A DNA stretch of 64,000 bases from Desulfovibrio sp. (GCA_031291035.1 JAISLI010000026.1:4537-68536); one strand, 5' to 3'; counted from the stretch's first letter, positions 19,516-31,620 are shown. A program made the numbers and translations. Notes: generated from the sequence alone by a model not told the origin.

Positions 19516-19642
19516 TACAGCAATTAACGCTTGAAACAGTTCGCTTACGGCGGGCAAAGCCCGCCTGCTCCTGTTTCGCGGCAAGGATTTTCCGGCAAAT
19601 CCTTGCAGGGCGGCTCACTCGTTTCATTCGTGTAGTGCCCTG
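19516..19642. repeat. MITE-like dispersed repeat, copy A
   Basis: About 127 bp; inverted near-identical match to 26914-27041; core palindrome GCAAGGATTT..AAATCCTTGC (19581-19606). Confidence 0.88.
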
Positions 19643-21237
19643 GCGGCCGCGGCATCCGCCCGCGTGGCGTTTGCCCGGGCGCGGGGAATCGCGTCGGCGA
19701 TTTCGCCCGCCGTATTGCCTCGTCCGGGGCAGGACGCCGCGCATTCAAGGCCGGCGAGCGCGTGCAGCGCAATCCCCATGCCCGCGCAAGACAGGCTCGC
19801 GCGCGCGGCGGAAGATCGCCCGCCAGCCAGAAACGCGCCGAGACAGCCCGCCAGGACATCCCCGCTGCCGCCCACCGCCAGTTGCGGAACATCGTGGGGG
19901 CTTATGAGAACGGGTCTGTCCGCCTTTCCCGCCAGGCTTCCGGCGCCCTTGAGAATCACGGCGCAGGGGAACAGGCGGCACAGCGCGCCAAGCGCGGCGA
20001 ACCTGTCGGCCTGCACGGCCGGCGCGGTTGTGCCCAGCAGAGCCGCCGCTTCTCCCGGATGCGGGGTGATGATGTCGTCTTCGGCAATATGGCGCGGCAG
20101 CCTCGCATGTCCGGCGAGCAACATGAGGGCGTCGGCGTCGATCACGGCCGGCGGGCGTCCGGGCAGGCTCAGAACGGCGGACAAAAAAGCGCCCGCCTCG
20201 CGGTCGCGCCCCAGTCCCGGCCCGATAACCAGCGCGTCGCAACGGTTCAGGAGTTCGGACAGCTTTTCCGGAAGCGCGTCCGGCCATGTACGGCTGCCGG
20301 GCTCGCCCAGCGGCAGGGTTATGACTTCCGGAAGGCCGTTTTTTATCAGCCCTTCGGATTTTGCCGGGGCCGCGACGCTGACAAGCCCGGCGCCGGCGCG
20401 CAGGGCGGCGCGGGCGGCCAAGTGAGCGGCCCCGCTGTATTGCGGAATTCCGCCGATGACGAGAACATGGCCGAAGCTGTTTTTGTAAGAATTTTCGGCA
20501 TATTGCGGAAGGCACGCCAGGCAGCGGGCATCCAGCAAGCGGGCGGCGCAGGGGGCCTGTGAACGCACGCGGGCGGGTATGCCGATCCCGCGGACATGCA
20601 GGCGGCCCGTAAAAGCCCGCGCCCAGGGAAGAACAAGCCCCGGCTTGGCCGCGGCGAAGCTGACCGTGGCGTCGGCCTTTACGGCCACGGGGGAGGGCAG
20701 GCCCGTAACGGCGTCCAGCCCGGAAGGAATGTCCAGGGCAAGCACAAAGCGGGCCGGGAAGCCGTTGATTGTTTCCACAAGCTCCGTCAGCGGGGGGCGC
20801 AGGTTGCCGGCAAGGCCCGCGCCGGTCAGGCCGTCCACCAGGATTGGCGGAGCGTTGTCCGGCATGCGGCGGCGCAGGTGGGCAAAGGGCACGCCGGCCG
20901 CTTTTGCCAAGCGCATGTGTCTGGCGGCGGCTCCCCTGTATTCTCCAAGGGGTTTTGTGTGCAAAACAAGCGGGCGCGCTCCGGCGTCGAGCAGGTGGCG
21001 CGCCAGGCAGGCGGCGTCACCGCCGTTGTTGCCGCCGCCCATAAAAAGCCATATCCGCTCCCGCGCGATGTCCGGCACATGCCGCCGCAACACGTCAAAG
21101 GCGGCCCGCCCGGCGTTTTCCATCAGCAGCGATTCCGGCAGGCCCAAGGCGACCGCGCCGGCGTCCCACAGACGCATTTCCCGAGGCAGCGGCAGGGGGG
21201 GCAGAGAGACGGCAAAGTCCGCGTCGGTTTTCATCAC
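19624..21237 (-). CDS. nnr: Bifunctional NAD(P)H-hydrate epimerase/dehydratase
   Basis: [51 protein letters not shown]. Confidence 0.93.
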   Translation of the reverse strand: MMKTDADFAVSLPPLPLPREMRLWDAGAVALGLPESLLMENAGRAAFDVLRRHVPDIARERIWLFMGGGNNGGDAACLARHLLDAGARPLVLHTKPLGEYRGAAARHMRLAKAAGVPFAHLRRRMPDNAPPILVDGLTGAGLAGNLRPPLTELVETINGFPARFVLALDIPSGLDAVTGLPSPVAVKADATVSFAAAKPGLVLPWARAFTGRLHVRGIGIPARVRSQAPCAARLLDARCLACLPQYAENSYKNSFGHVLVIGGIPQYSGAAHLAARAALRAGAGLVSVAAPAKSEGLIKNGLPEVITLPLGEPGSRTWPDALPEKLSELLNRCDALVIGPGLGRDREAGAFLSAVLSLPGRPPAVIDADALMLLAGHARLPRHIAEDDIITPHPGEAAALLGTTAPAVQADRFAALGALCRLFPCAVILKGAGSLAGKADRPVLISPHDVPQLAVGGSGDVLAGCLGAFLAGGRSSAARASLSCAGMGIALHALAGLECAASCPGRGNTAGEIADAIPRARANATRADAAAARALHE

Positions 21238-21605
21238 GCCTCCAGCACGACAACAGCGAGGGCCATGGAGCGTTCATGGCTGATGGAAAGCAGGGCGCGC
21301 CTGACGCCGATCTCCCCGCGGCGTTCGTCCGCCCTGCCGAGAAAGGTTATTCGCGGCCCTCCCCGGCTGTCGTGCCCGATTGCAATCTGTCGCGGCCCTA
21401 TGCCCCGGCTGAATCCCGTGCCGAGGGCCTTGACGGCCGCCTCCTTGGCCGCGAAACGCCCGGCGAGGGCGGACGCGGAGGCGGGGGGCAGGGCGTCCAG
21501 CTCTTCCGGCGTAAAAATTTTTTCCAGGAAGCGCTGCCCGAATCTCCCGTAAATCCTCCCGATACGGGGAATTTCCACGATATCCACGCCCAGCCCTATG
21601 ATCAT
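21234..21605 (-). CDS. acpS: Holo-ACP synthase
   Basis: GLGVDIV, AGRFAAKEA.VKALGTG, LSISHE. Confidence 0.95.
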   Translation of the reverse strand: MIIGLGVDIVEIPRIGRIYGRFGQRFLEKIFTPEELDALPPASASALAGRFAAKEAAVKALGTGFSRGIGPRQIAIGHDSRGGPRITFLGRADERRGEIGVRRALLSISHERSMALAVVVLEA

Positions 21606-21776
21606 CTCTGTTGTACCAAAATCGTGCCTCTCGTCCCGAGCTTGCCTGCCGTCGGGTTTTTAAGTACCATAACAAATTCGTTACGGCGGGCGGACGATAT
21701 TCTGACCGTTTCGCCGGCAAGCGTCAAGCGCGGAAGCCGGCGCGGGGTTTGCGGAACAGCGGGGGAGAAGTCGCCA

Positions 21777-23111
21777 ATGAAATTGTGCATAATCGGTACG
21801 GGATATGTGGGCTTGGTGAGTGCCGCCTGCTTTGCGGAAATGGGGAACATCGTGACCTGCGTGGATGTGAATCCCGCTGTGGTTGAAAAACTCAATGCCG
21901 GTTCCGTCCATATTTTTGAGCCGGGCCTGGAGGAGATGGTCCAGCGCAGCCGCGCCGACGGCCGTCTCCTGTTTACCACATCCCTCGCCGGGGGCCTTGC
22001 CGGGGCGGAGTGCGCCTTCATCTGCGTGGGCACCCCGTCTCTGCCCGACGGGTCGTGTGATTTGAGCCATGTGCGGCAGGCCGCCCGCGAAATCGGCCGG
22101 GCCATGCGGACGGACCTGATTGTGGTGGACAAGTCCACAGTGCCTGTGGGCACGGCCGATATGGTGCGCGGCATCATTGAGGAGGAGCTTGCGGCCGGAA
22201 AGTCCGGCCTTGCGGTCACGGTGGTCTCCAATCCGGAATTTCTCAAGGAAGGCGCCGCGGTCGCGGATTTTATGAAGCCAGACCGCGTGGTTGTGGGCAC
22301 GGATTCCGACAGGGCCGCCGCCGTCATGCGGGAGCTTTACGCGCCTTTTGCCCGCACCCGCGACAAAATTCTCGTTATGACGACGCGTAGCGCGGAAATG
22401 ACAAAATACGCCGCCAACTGCATGCTGGCGACAAAAATTTCCTTTATCAACGAAATCGCCGCCATCTGCGAGCGCGTCGGGGCGGATGTGCGCGATGTGC
22501 GCGCCGGCATAGGGTCCGACACGCGCATCGGCTATCAGTTCATCTACCCCGGCCTCGGCTATGGCGGTTCCTGCTTTCCCAAGGATGTCAGAGCTTTGGC
22601 GCATACCGCCGCCGAAGCGGGAGTGGAGCCGTTGCTGCTCAATGCCGTGGAATCCGTGAACGCCCGCCGGAAACAAAGCATGGTCCTGCGCATCCGGGAA
22701 TATTTTGAACCCCGGGGGGGGCTGGAGGGAAAAATTCTGGCCCTTTGGGGCCTGGCCTTCAAGGCCAATACCGACGACATGCGCGAGGCGGCTTCCATAA
22801 GCATCATAGCCGGTCTGACGGCTCAGGGCATGAAGGTGCGCGCCTTTGACCCCGTGGCCGGAGAAAATGCCCGCCGCATTTTCAGGGGCAATCCCTTGGT
22901 GGAGATTATGGACGGCCAGTACGAGGTTTGTGACGGCGCGCAGGCCCTGCTTGTCGCCACGGAGTGGAACCAGTTCCGCAATCCGGACTTCGCGCGCCTC
23001 AAATCCCTGTTGACGAATCCGCTGCTCTTTGACGGACGCAATCTGTATTCCCCCTCCGCCATGACGGAGCGGGGGTTCACCTATTTCTGCGTGGGTCGCA
23101 AGACCGTATAG
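21777..23111 (+). CDS. ugd: UDP-glucose 6-dehydrogenase
   Basis: IGTGYVG, ICVGTP, KSTVPVGT, SNPEFLKEG, GYGGSCFPKD, AFKANTDDMRE. Confidence 0.95.
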   Translation: MKLCIIGTGYVGLVSAACFAEMGNIVTCVDVNPAVVEKLNAGSVHIFEPGLEEMVQRSRADGRLLFTTSLAGGLAGAECAFICVGTPSLPDGSCDLSHVRQAAREIGRAMRTDLIVVDKSTVPVGTADMVRGIIEEELAAGKSGLAVTVVSNPEFLKEGAAVADFMKPDRVVVGTDSDRAAAVMRELYAPFARTRDKILVMTTRSAEMTKYAANCMLATKISFINEIAAICERVGADVRDVRAGIGSDTRIGYQFIYPGLGYGGSCFPKDVRALAHTAAEAGVEPLLLNAVESVNARRKQSMVLRIREYFEPRGGLEGKILALWGLAFKANTDDMREAASISIIAGLTAQGMKVRAFDPVAGENARRIFRGNPLVEIMDGQYEVCDGAQALLVATEWNQFRNPDFARLKSLLTNPLLFDGRNLYSPSAMTERGFTYFCVGRKTV

Positions 23112-23595
23112 CGGCCCCGCATTCCGGAAGCCGCCGGGCCAGCTCCGACACGACCTTGCGGCAGAATTCCGGCAGGCGGGCTTCTGCTTCGGGCGTCAGC
23201 TCCACGCCCGTGCTTTCGCAGTCAAAGGGTTCCATGCCGATGACGACAGCCCGTGGCCTGTGGCCGGCAAGCTCGCAGGTGATCAGCGTGTCCAGCAGAT
23301 CCGTCTGGTGCATGGAATCGCGGAAGCTGAAGCTTTTGCGCAGATCCTCGCCTTCAAGCAGATAGACCGTCCCCGGAGTTCCGCCGCCAAGCACCACGTC
23401 CAGCACAATGAGCAGGTCGCATTCCTGGATGTCCCCCATGAGCATGAGGCCCTGCGTCCCGCCGTCCAGCAGGCGCACATGTTCGGGCCAGACATAGCGC
23501 TCCCGCAGATATTCCACGGCGCGCACACCGAAGCCCTCGTCGGTGAGCAAAATATTGCCCACGCCCAGAATCAGAATTTTTTGACTGTGTCGCAT
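23077..23595 (-). CDS. [NiFe]-hydrogenase maturation protease (HyaD/HybD family)
   Basis: ILGVGNILLTDEGFG, LLDGGTQG, SMHQ, IGMEP. Confidence 0.92.
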   Translation of the reverse strand: MRHSQKILILGVGNILLTDEGFGVRAVEYLRERYVWPEHVRLLDGGTQGLMLMGDIQECDLLIVLDVVLGGGTPGTVYLLEGEDLRKSFSFRDSMHQTDLLDTLITCELAGHRPRAVVIGMEPFDCESTGVELTPEAEARLPEFCRKVVSELARRLPECGAAIRSCDPRRNR

Positions 23596-23691
23596 GCCGT
23601 CGCTTTTGAAACCTCTCCCTTCAGGGAGAGGCCTCAAACCATAAAGGAAGTTTGGTGAAGATGTAACCGGGAAAAACAACGGAAAAACTCT

Positions 23692-24804
23692 TCAGAAGAG
23701 CGACAACAAGTCCTTGTTGCCTTTTTTTCGGGAAAGGGCGTCCGGACTGGCCCCGGCAGCGGCCGGTCCGCGCGGGGTGGCGTCCGCCTGTTCCGTCCCG
23801 CCGGGCTGATCCGGAGCGAAAACGGAAGGTTCGCCCCCGTCCGGAGTATGTTCCGGCCTGTGCATATGCCGCCCCAATGTTTGCTGCCAGGGGGTCCATT
23901 CCTGCCCGCTGTCGGCAAAGCGGGCGAAAAGGTCGCGGCATTGCGCCATTTTGGCGTCCAGATTGTCGGCATAGTGCAGGGCAAAGGCTTCCGGCGTCTG
24001 GGGCAGACGCGCCGTCCCGAATTCCGGCTCGCCGTGATGGCTTAAAACAAGATGCTTCAAATGGCGCTGGAGGTACGCTTCCAGGCCGGAGTTCGCAAGA
24101 TAGGGGGCCAGCAGTTCCAGCCCCAGTTCCAGATGCCCGAGCAAACGGCCTTCCGTGGTGTAATCATTGGCGATACCGCCGGAATACTCCCGTATTTTGC
24201 CAATATCGTGAAAAAGCGCTCCGGCAAGCAGGGTTTGACGATCCAGCTCCGGATATTGCTCGGCCATGCGCCGGCACAGGCCGAACACGCCCAGGGTGTG
24301 CTCCAGCAGGCCGCCCGCGTAGGCGTGGTGTATGCTTTTCGCCGCCGGCCAGATACGAAAGGCCGCGCGCAATTCCCGGTTTCGCAAAACGGAGAACACC
24401 AGTCCGCGCCAAGGGAGATGGATGAATTCCTTCTCTGACAAGACGAGAAGCTCTTCCAGCATGGCATCGGGGTCATACGGCCCGCGCGGCAACAGCGCCG
24501 TCTGGTCCACGGAGGCGCTTTCCGCGGCCCTCAGCAGACGCATGCGCGTGACGGCGAGCTGCACTTCCCCGCGGTAGGTCTCCGCCCGGCCTTCGACCGA
24601 AACCATGGCCCCCGCGGGAATATCCGCGAAATCGGCGCTCAGGGGATGCCATATTTTGGCCTCCAGAACTCCGCTGGCGTCACAGAGGGTCAGCCGCCAG
24701 TAGGCGCCGTTGCGCGCGCTGCCCAAGGCGGCCTGACCGACGACGAAAACGCCGGCGGCCTCAATACCCGGCGCAATGTCTTTGACGTAACATCCTTTTT
24801 CCAT
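23692..24804 (-). CDS. yhaM: YhaM-like 3'-5' exoribonuclease (OB + HD)
   Basis: OB fold, PAAKSIHHAYAGGLLEH, ALFHDIGK, GRLLGH, HHG, LHYADNLD. Confidence 0.85.
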   Translation of the reverse strand: MEKGCYVKDIAPGIEAAGVFVVGQAALGSARNGAYWRLTLCDASGVLEAKIWHPLSADFADIPAGAMVSVEGRAETYRGEVQLAVTRMRLLRAAESASVDQTALLPRGPYDPDAMLEELLVLSEKEFIHLPWRGLVFSVLRNRELRAAFRIWPAAKSIHHAYAGGLLEHTLGVFGLCRRMAEQYPELDRQTLLAGALFHDIGKIREYSGGIANDYTTEGRLLGHLELGLELLAPYLANSGLEAYLQRHLKHLVLSHHGEPEFGTARLPQTPEAFALHYADNLDAKMAQCRDLFARFADSGQEWTPWQQTLGRHMHRPEHTPDGGEPSVFAPDQPGGTEQADATPRGPAAAGASPDALSRKKGNKDLLSLF

Positions 24805-24935
24805 ACCATGCCCGCCGGCCGCCGGATATGGACATTGCCGGCGTTTCCTGTTATTGACGTAAACTGTCTTTTGACGCAATTTGTCCTTATCCTCTTTTTT
24901 CAGAGCATTGTCAACAGATTTTGAGGTGTTGCCAG

Positions 24936-25691
24936 ATGGACGTGTTGTTGACCAATGATGACGGCATCCGCGCCAAAGGTCTCCGGGCGCTCTACATGGC
25001 TCTGGCGGAATCCGGGCATACCGTGCATGTGGTGGCGCCCATGCGCCAGCAGTCCGGAGTCGGGCATTCCCTCACGGTTTTTGAGCCGGTGCGGGCGATG
25101 GAAATTGAGGAGCCGGACTTTCGCGGGCTCGGAATTTACGGCACCCCCACCGACTGCGTCAAACTGGCTCTCGGCAGTCTGCTGCCGAAAATGCCGGATA
25201 TCGTCATCTCCGGCATCAATGCCGGAGCCAACGTCGGGCCCGACATTCTGTATTCCGGCACGGTGGCCGCCGCCACCGAGGCGGCCCTGGAAGATCTGCC
25301 GGCTCTTGCCGTTTCCCACGACGACCACAAGGCGGACATTGAACCGCTGCCCCAGGCCCGCCACCTGGTGGCCCTGGTCACCCGCCTTGACTGGGCGCGT
25401 CTGCCGAAGCGCAGGGTAATCAACATCAATTATCCCGCCGGGCCCCTCTCCCGCGCCAGAGAGATCAGGCTCTGCCCCCAGACCAGCGCCGTCTGGAAAA
25501 ACGTCTATACGGAACGCCGGGACCCGCGCGGCGGACGCTATTGGTGGCTGGAAGGGGAAATACCGGCTCACGCCGTGAATGCCGGTTCCGACAAGGACAT
25601 GCTCAACAAGGGGTACATCACCATAACCCCGCTGCATTTTGAATTTACGGATGAAGGGTGCATGGCGTCCATGCGGGACGCGCTGGCATGA
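24936..25691 (+). CDS. surE: 5'/3'-nucleotidase SurE
   Basis: LLTNDDG, QSGVGHSLT, GTPTDCV, SGINAGAN, YSGTVAAA. Confidence 0.96.
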   Translation: MDVLLTNDDGIRAKGLRALYMALAESGHTVHVVAPMRQQSGVGHSLTVFEPVRAMEIEEPDFRGLGIYGTPTDCVKLALGSLLPKMPDIVISGINAGANVGPDILYSGTVAAATEAALEDLPALAVSHDDHKADIEPLPQARHLVALVTRLDWARLPKRRVININYPAGPLSRAREIRLCPQTSAVWKNVYTERRDPRGGRYWWLEGEIPAHAVNAGSDKDMLNKGYITITPLHFEFTDEGCMASMRDALA

Positions 25692-25740
25692 TGGTTCACC
25701 CGAAACGCCGTCAGCCGCGCGGGGCAAGACGGGAGGGGAC

Positions 25741-26916
25741 ATGTTGTTGCCGGGCGCTCTGACGGCCCTTGCCCAATGCCTGCTCTTTCTGCTTCTCGCG
25801 CGCGTGGGAAGAAGACTGCCCGCCCAGGCCGCAAGGGACGCCGCCCTGCCGCCGCCGGACGTCTGGCCGCGGGTGGCCCTGGTCATCCCGGCGGCGGGTT
25901 CCCACCCGCGCATGGCCCAGGCTCTGAAAAGCCTCCTCTGCCAGAATTATCCCCGCTATGTGCCCATCCTCGTCACCGCCGGGGAAAATGACGAAGCCGC
26001 CGCGCTGACACGCGATCTGCAAAAACAATTTCCTTCCGCGCGCCGGGTGGTGGCCGGCGAAGCGCGGGGCTGCGGGCAGAAAAACCACAACAGCCTTTGC
26101 GGCGTGAGGGCCGCGGGCGAAACGGCGGAGGTTCTGGTTTTCTGCGACAGCACACACCCGGCCGGGCCGGATTTCGTCCGCACCCTTGTAAAGCCCATTG
26201 CCCGAGGCGAGGCGGACTTCACTACCGGCTACCATCAGGTGCGCCCCAACGACACGCGGCCTGTCACCCTTGCCTATGCCCTCTGCGTTCTCCTCATGCG
26301 GCTTTTGCAGGCCTTTGCCCCCTTTACCCAGCCATGGGGCGGAGCCATGGCCATACGGCGCTCCGCCTTTCTGCGTTACGGCATCGCCGGGCTCTGGGCC
26401 GGCAATGTGGTGGACGACTGTTCCCTGGCCGGAATTCTGCCGGACATCGGCGTTCGCGTGCGCCTGTGCCCCGGAGCCGTGCTGGATACGGAGGCCGACC
26501 TCCACCCTTTGTCCGTCTGGCGAGCCTGGATGGACAGGCAGGTGCTCTTTCTCAAATTCTGCGTGCCGGGGCAATGGATTTTGCTGGGCTTTCTGTGCTT
26601 CATCATGGCGGCTCCCCTCTGCTGGGCGGCCTTTGTTCTCTGCGCCGCGTCATTGCACGCCGCCGCCGGTCCCGCTGTATGGGGCGCGCTGCTTTATACG
26701 GGTATTCTCGCCGGGCTGCTGCGCGCGTGGCGGGAGTTTCTGCCCGTTCCCGTTCCCCTGCTGCCCTGGTTACGGGCCTTTGTCTGCGCCGTCGGCATGT
26801 TCGTCTACGTGTATGCGCGCAGCGTAACGGCGGCGGGCCTTGTGTGGCACGGCATCGAGTACAAGGTGGGGCGCGGGGGAAAAGTCACCGGCATGCGGCG
26901 GCCCAAAAGTTTTTAG
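25741..26916 (+). CDS. GT2 glycosyltransferase (ceramide glucosyltransferase/HpnI-like)
   Basis: N-terminal TM, QKNHN, FCDS, WGGAMAI, VDDCSL, RQ motif, C-terminal TMs. Confidence 0.7.
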   Translation: MLLPGALTALAQCLLFLLLARVGRRLPAQAARDAALPPPDVWPRVALVIPAAGSHPRMAQALKSLLCQNYPRYVPILVTAGENDEAAALTRDLQKQFPSARRVVAGEARGCGQKNHNSLCGVRAAGETAEVLVFCDSTHPAGPDFVRTLVKPIARGEADFTTGYHQVRPNDTRPVTLAYALCVLLMRLLQAFAPFTQPWGGAMAIRRSAFLRYGIAGLWAGNVVDDCSLAGILPDIGVRVRLCPGAVLDTEADLHPLSVWRAWMDRQVLFLKFCVPGQWILLGFLCFIMAAPLCWAAFVLCAASLHAAAGPAVWGALLYTGILAGLLRAWREFLPVPVPLLPWLRAFVCAVGMFVYVYARSVTAAGLVWHGIEYKVGRGGKVTGMRRPKSF

Positions 26917-27041
26917 AACAGTCCACGAATGAAATGAGTGAACTGTTCCGCAAGGATTTGCAAGCAAATCCTTGCCGCGAAACAGGAGCAGGTGGGCTTT
27001 GCCCGCCGTAAACGAACTGTTTCAAGCGTTAATCGCCATAG
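26914..27041. repeat. MITE-like dispersed repeat, copy B
   Basis: 128 bp starting at the TAG stop of the GT2 gene; inverted match to copy A. Confidence 0.88.
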
Positions 27042-27231
27042 TGAACCGGTCTTGCGGCAATCACGCTTTTCGGCCGGAATTCCTCGCTTGAAAAAAACGG
27101 GCATATTGTTTACCATTGTTTACTTCGAAAAAAGACCCGGTATTGTTATAGAGTCGTTTTACTGCCCCGAGCCGGACGACCCGACTTTCCACAAGACCGC
27201 AAGAGACGACTCCGTTGCCGCGGGAGTATGG

Positions 27232-29778
27232 ATGAAGCGGAAAAAATCCATCGGCTTCAATACGATACTGACCATTGAGTTGCTGGTGTTATTCGTCATG
27301 GCGGGCATTTTTGTCATCATTGCCGTCCAGACGAGAGACAGCCTGAAAAATCTGGCCCAAATCTCCAGTTTTCAGATACTGAAGGCCAGGGCGGGTACGA
27401 TAAACGAAATTATCAATTCCTATCAGAGACTGCTCAGCGTCCAGTCGCGCCAGGATATTTTCATCTCCGGGACCGACCGGGAAGTCGAGGAAGCGGCCCA
27501 TGCGCAAACGGGGAAGCTTGGCGACGACATCTCCAGCGTTTTTATCATATGGCCGGACGGAAGAGCGACCACCACGCCGGGAAATTATATCGACATCGCC
27601 GATCGCCCCTATGTCCGGGCCGTCTATTCCGGAGAAATGGACACCGCTGTCAGCGATCCTTTCAATTCCCGCAATACCGGCCGTCCGGCGGTGATTATGG
27701 TTCATGCGGTCAAAACCCCCGGAGGGAGAACCCGGGCGCTGCTGGCCATTGAAATGACCCTTGCCAAGGTGAACGCGCTGGTTGACGGGATCAGTCTGGG
27801 CGCGGGCGAATCCGGCTATGCCTGGGTGGCGGACAAAAACGGCCTGATTTTTTTATCGGACCGGCCCGAACTGACCATGAAAACAAACATAGCCAGGGCT
27901 GACGAAGAAGCGGGCTACAAGGGCTTGACCGCGCTTTCCAGAGAAATACTCGGCCGGAAGCAGGCAACGGGAACTTTTGTCAACCCCCAGGGAGTTGAAT
28001 ATACCCTGTTCGCCGAGGAGATATCCGGGCAGATCCGGTGGAAACTGGGCATCGTCATAAGCACTGAATTCCTTATGCTTCCCTTCCACAACCTCATGCT
28101 GGCGCTGGCAGGCCTCATGCTCACGGCGCTGGCCGCGTCCATGGCGGCGGCCGTGCATGTGGGCAAGCTTCGCGCTGTCCGGAACGATCTGATTCACGCG
28201 CAGGAAGAGGCCATTGCCGGGGCCAATGCCAAAAGCAGTTTTCTTGCCAATATGAGCCATGAAATACGCACGCCCCTCAATGCCGTGGTGGGCATGACCA
28301 CGCTGGGCAAAAACGCTTCCAGTCCGGAGAGAAAGGACTACTGTTTTTCAAAAATTGAGGACGCGTCCAATCACCTTCTGGGAGTCATCAACGATATTCT
28401 GGACATATCCAAAATTGAGGCGAACAAGCTGGAGCTTTCCCCGAGGAATTTCGATTTTGAGAAAATGGTCCAGCGCGTGTTCAATGTCGTCAATTTCCGG
28501 GTGGAAGAAAAACGGCTGAACTTTCTTTTTCATAAGGACAAAACCATTCCCCGCGCCCTGCTGGGGGACGCCCAGCGACTGGCGCAGGTTATCGCCAACC
28601 TGTTGTCCAACGCGATAAAATTCACCCCCGAACTCGGAACGGTGTCCTTGACCGTGCGCCTGCTTCGGGAAGAGGAGGGAATTTTCACCCTGCAATTTGA
28701 AGTGACGGATACCGGCATCGGGCTCAGCCCGGAGCAGCAGGCCAAACTGTTCAGCCCGTTTCAGCAGGCCGAGAGCGACACGTCCCGCAAATTCGGCGGC
28801 ACAGGACTGGGACTGGCGATTTCCAAACGCATTGTGGAACTGATGAACGGGCGCATCTGGGTGAGTTCCGAACCCGGCCGGGGTTCGACATTCGCGTTCA
28901 CCGTCTGTCTTGAACGCGGGGCAATGGAGTACCACAACCTTCTCAGCCCCGACGTCAACTGGGGCAATGTGCGGGTGCTGGCGGTGGACGACGCGTCGGA
29001 AGACAGGGAATACTTCCTTGACGTGGCCGGCCAGCTGCATATTTCCTGCGACGTTGCCGCGAGCGGCGAAGAGGCCTTGCGCATGTCGGCGATGAACGGC
29101 CCCTATGACATCTATTTTATGGACTGGAAAATGCCGGGCATGGACGGCCTTGAGACGGCCGCCCGCATCGGGGAGGCCACCGCCGGGAAGTCCGTGGTGA
29201 TAATGGTTTCATCCGCCGACCTGAGGCATATTGAGACGGATGCCAAAAAAGCCGGCGTCGGCCATTTTTTGTCCAAGCCGATATTCCGTTCGGATATCGT
29301 CGATTGTCTCAACCAGTGCCTCGGCAGGCCCTGGCCGGCCAACGCAAAGGAGCGGCAGGGCGTGGAACCGGAAGAGCGCTTTGCGGGCTACCGCATTCTT
29401 TTGGCCGAAGATGTGGAAATCAATCGGGAAATAGCCCTGGCTCTTTTTGAGCCGACCGGGCTCGCGGTGGATTGCGCGGAAAACGGCAGGCAGGCCCTGG
29501 AGATGATTCAGGCCGCCCCGGAACGCTATGACGCCGTTCTTATGGACATCCAGATGCCGGAGATGGACGGTTATGAGGCCACGCGCAAAATTCGCGGGCT
29601 GGATGACGCAAGGGCGCGGGCTGTGCCCATTATCGCGATGACCGCCAACGTATTCCGCGAGGATGTCGAAAAGTGTCTGGCGGCCGGCATGGACGACCAT
29701 ACGGGAAAACCGCTGGATTTTGAGGACGTCAAGAGAAAATTACGCAAATATCTGCCCGCCCGGAGCACGGCCGCCTGA
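27232..29778 (+). CDS. Hybrid sensor histidine kinase with Cache sensor and two receiver domains
   Basis: TM-Cache-[44 protein letters not shown] and MDIQMP. Confidence 0.92.
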   Translation: MKRKKSIGFNTILTIELLVLFVMAGIFVIIAVQTRDSLKNLAQISSFQILKARAGTINEIINSYQRLLSVQSRQDIFISGTDREVEEAAHAQTGKLGDDISSVFIIWPDGRATTTPGNYIDIADRPYVRAVYSGEMDTAVSDPFNSRNTGRPAVIMVHAVKTPGGRTRALLAIEMTLAKVNALVDGISLGAGESGYAWVADKNGLIFLSDRPELTMKTNIARADEEAGYKGLTALSREILGRKQATGTFVNPQGVEYTLFAEEISGQIRWKLGIVISTEFLMLPFHNLMLALAGLMLTALAASMAAAVHVGKLRAVRNDLIHAQEEAIAGANAKSSFLANMSHEIRTPLNAVVGMTTLGKNASSPERKDYCFSKIEDASNHLLGVINDILDISKIEANKLELSPRNFDFEKMVQRVFNVVNFRVEEKRLNFLFHKDKTIPRALLGDAQRLAQVIANLLSNAIKFTPELGTVSLTVRLLREEEGIFTLQFEVTDTGIGLSPEQQAKLFSPFQQAESDTSRKFGGTGLGLAISKRIVELMNGRIWVSSEPGRGSTFAFTVCLERGAMEYHNLLSPDVNWGNVRVLAVDDASEDREYFLDVAGQLHISCDVAASGEEALRMSAMNGPYDIYFMDWKMPGMDGLETAARIGEATAGKSVVIMVSSADLRHIETDAKKAGVGHFLSKPIFRSDIVDCLNQCLGRPWPANAKERQGVEPEERFAGYRILLAEDVEINREIALALFEPTGLAVDCAENGRQALEMIQAAPERYDAVLMDIQMPEMDGYEATRKIRGLDDARARAVPIIAMTANVFREDVEKCLAAGMDDHTGKPLDFEDVKRKLRKYLPARSTAA

Positions 29779-30152
29779 CTTCCCGGCTTTCCGCTTCGCC
29801 CGCGAAGCCTTTCATTGCCTGACTCCGCGCTTGGCATGATGCCCGCATTTGGGCATACCGTCCCTATTCGGGCGAACAGAAGTTCGCCGCTACTGTATTG
29901 TTTCCTGTATATTCTTATAATTATTTTTTATTTTCAATATCGCCAGAGATGGAATAATTTTTGCTATAATCAGACGCCGGAAGGATCGCTCTCCCTGTCT
30001 CTTTTTCCAAGGTGGATCAAATGCGCCCGGATCTCGAATACGGCGTGGATACCCCATATATTTTGTTGAATATGCCCTGTAATCGGTTACGCGGGAAAGG
30101 CCCGGCGTGTTGCGGGGCAACAGTCATACCGTAACCTAAGGAAGGAGCGGAC

Positions 30153-30437
30153 ATGTCCATTGATTTTGTGGTGCACGAGGAAGCCGACGGCGTCGGCGTC
30201 GTGGTGGTGGAAGGCATGAAGGCCGGGACGCAATGCACCGGCTGGATCATGCAGGAAGACAAAACCGTTACGTTCACCGTTCTTGACGACATCCCCATCG
30301 GCCACAAGGTGGCCCTGAAGGATTTCGCGGTGGGCGACACCGTAATCAAGTACAACACGGATATCGGCAAGGTGGTGGCCCCTATCAAAAAGGGCGGGCA
30401 TCTCCATGTACACAACGTGAAGACCAAGAGGTGGTGA
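30153..30437 (+). CDS. suyA: (2R)-sulfolactate sulfo-lyase alpha subunit (SAF domain)
   Basis: 94 aa, D.VGVVVVE, IPIGHKVAL, VIKY..DIG, HVHNVKTKRW; immediately upstream of suyB. Confidence 0.82.
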   Translation: MSIDFVVHEEADGVGVVVVEGMKAGTQCTGWIMQEDKTVTFTVLDDIPIGHKVALKDFAVGDTVIKYNTDIGKVVAPIKKGGHLHVHNVKTKRW

Positions 30438-30440
30438 ATC

Positions 30441-31601
30441 ATGCAAAAAACATTTTACGGCTATCGCCGCGACAACGGCCGGGTGGGCATCCGCAATCAC
30501 GTCGTCATTCTGCCTCTTGACGATCTCTCCAACGCCGCCTGCGAGGCCGTGGCCAACAACATCAAGGGTACGCTGGCCCTGCCGCACGCTTACGGCCGTC
30601 TGCAGTTCGGCGAGGACCTGGACCTGCATTTCCGCACGCTCATCGGCATGGGCTGCAACCCCAATGTGGCCGCCGTGGTGGTTATAGGCATTGAACCCGT
30701 ATGGACGCAACGCATTGTGGACGGCATAGCGAAAACCGGCAAGCCCGTCGCCGGCTTCGGCATTGAACAGCACGGCGATCTGGAAACCATCATGCGTGCT
30801 TCCCGGAAAGCCAAGGAATTCGTGCAATATGCCACGGAACTGCAACGCACGGAATGCAAGGTCAATGAACTGTGGGTCTCGTGCAAGTGCGGCGAATCCG
30901 ACACCACATCCGGCCTGGCATCCAACCCCACGGTGGGCAACGCCTTCGACAAACTCTGGGAGGCCGGCGCCACCACGGTATTCGGCGAAACGACGGAAAT
31001 CACGGGCGGGGAGCATCTGGTCATGGCCCGTTGCGCCACCGGGGAGGTCCGCGCCAAATTCAAATTCTTCTTTGACCGCTACGCCAAGGTGGTGGACGAT
31101 CACAAGGTGGACGACCTGTGCGACTCCCAGCCGACCAAGGGCAATATTGAAGGCGGCCTGACGACCATTGAGGAAAAGGCCCTCGGCAACGTGCAGAAAA
31201 TCGGCCGCAAGGCGCCCGTCATAGGCTGCCTGGACAAGGCGGAATCTCCCACGGGCCCCGGCCTCTGGTTTATGGATTCTTCCTCGGCGGCGGCGGAAAT
31301 GATCACCCTGGTCGCGGCGGCCGGTTTTGCGGTGCACTTCTTCCCCACCGGCCAGGGCAACATTATCGGCAATCCCGTTCTGCCGGTCATAAAACTTTCG
31401 GCGAACCCGCGCACCGTGCGCACCATGAGCGAGCATATCGACGTGGACGTTTCCGGCATTCTGCGTCGTGAAATAAATCTGGATCAGGCGGGGGACAAAC
31501 TGCTTGACATGATGTTCCGGACGTGCAATGGTCGAAACACATCGGCCGAAGCGCTCGGACACAGAGAATTCATCATGACGAAACTCTATGAAAGCGCGTA
31601 G
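30441..31601 (+). CDS. suyB: (2R)-sulfolactate sulfo-lyase beta subunit (UxaA family)
   Basis: [66 protein letters not shown]. Confidence 0.85.
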   Translation: MQKTFYGYRRDNGRVGIRNHVVILPLDDLSNAACEAVANNIKGTLALPHAYGRLQFGEDLDLHFRTLIGMGCNPNVAAVVVIGIEPVWTQRIVDGIAKTGKPVAGFGIEQHGDLETIMRASRKAKEFVQYATELQRTECKVNELWVSCKCGESDTTSGLASNPTVGNAFDKLWEAGATTVFGETTEITGGEHLVMARCATGEVRAKFKFFFDRYAKVVDDHKVDDLCDSQPTKGNIEGGLTTIEEKALGNVQKIGRKAPVIGCLDKAESPTGPGLWFMDSSSAAAEMITLVAAAGFAVHFFPTGQGNIIGNPVLPVIKLSANPRTVRTMSEHIDVDVSGILRREINLDQAGDKLLDMMFRTCNGRNTSAEALGHREFIMTKLYESA

Positions 31602-31620
31602 CCGGTTATTTCCTTATCCT

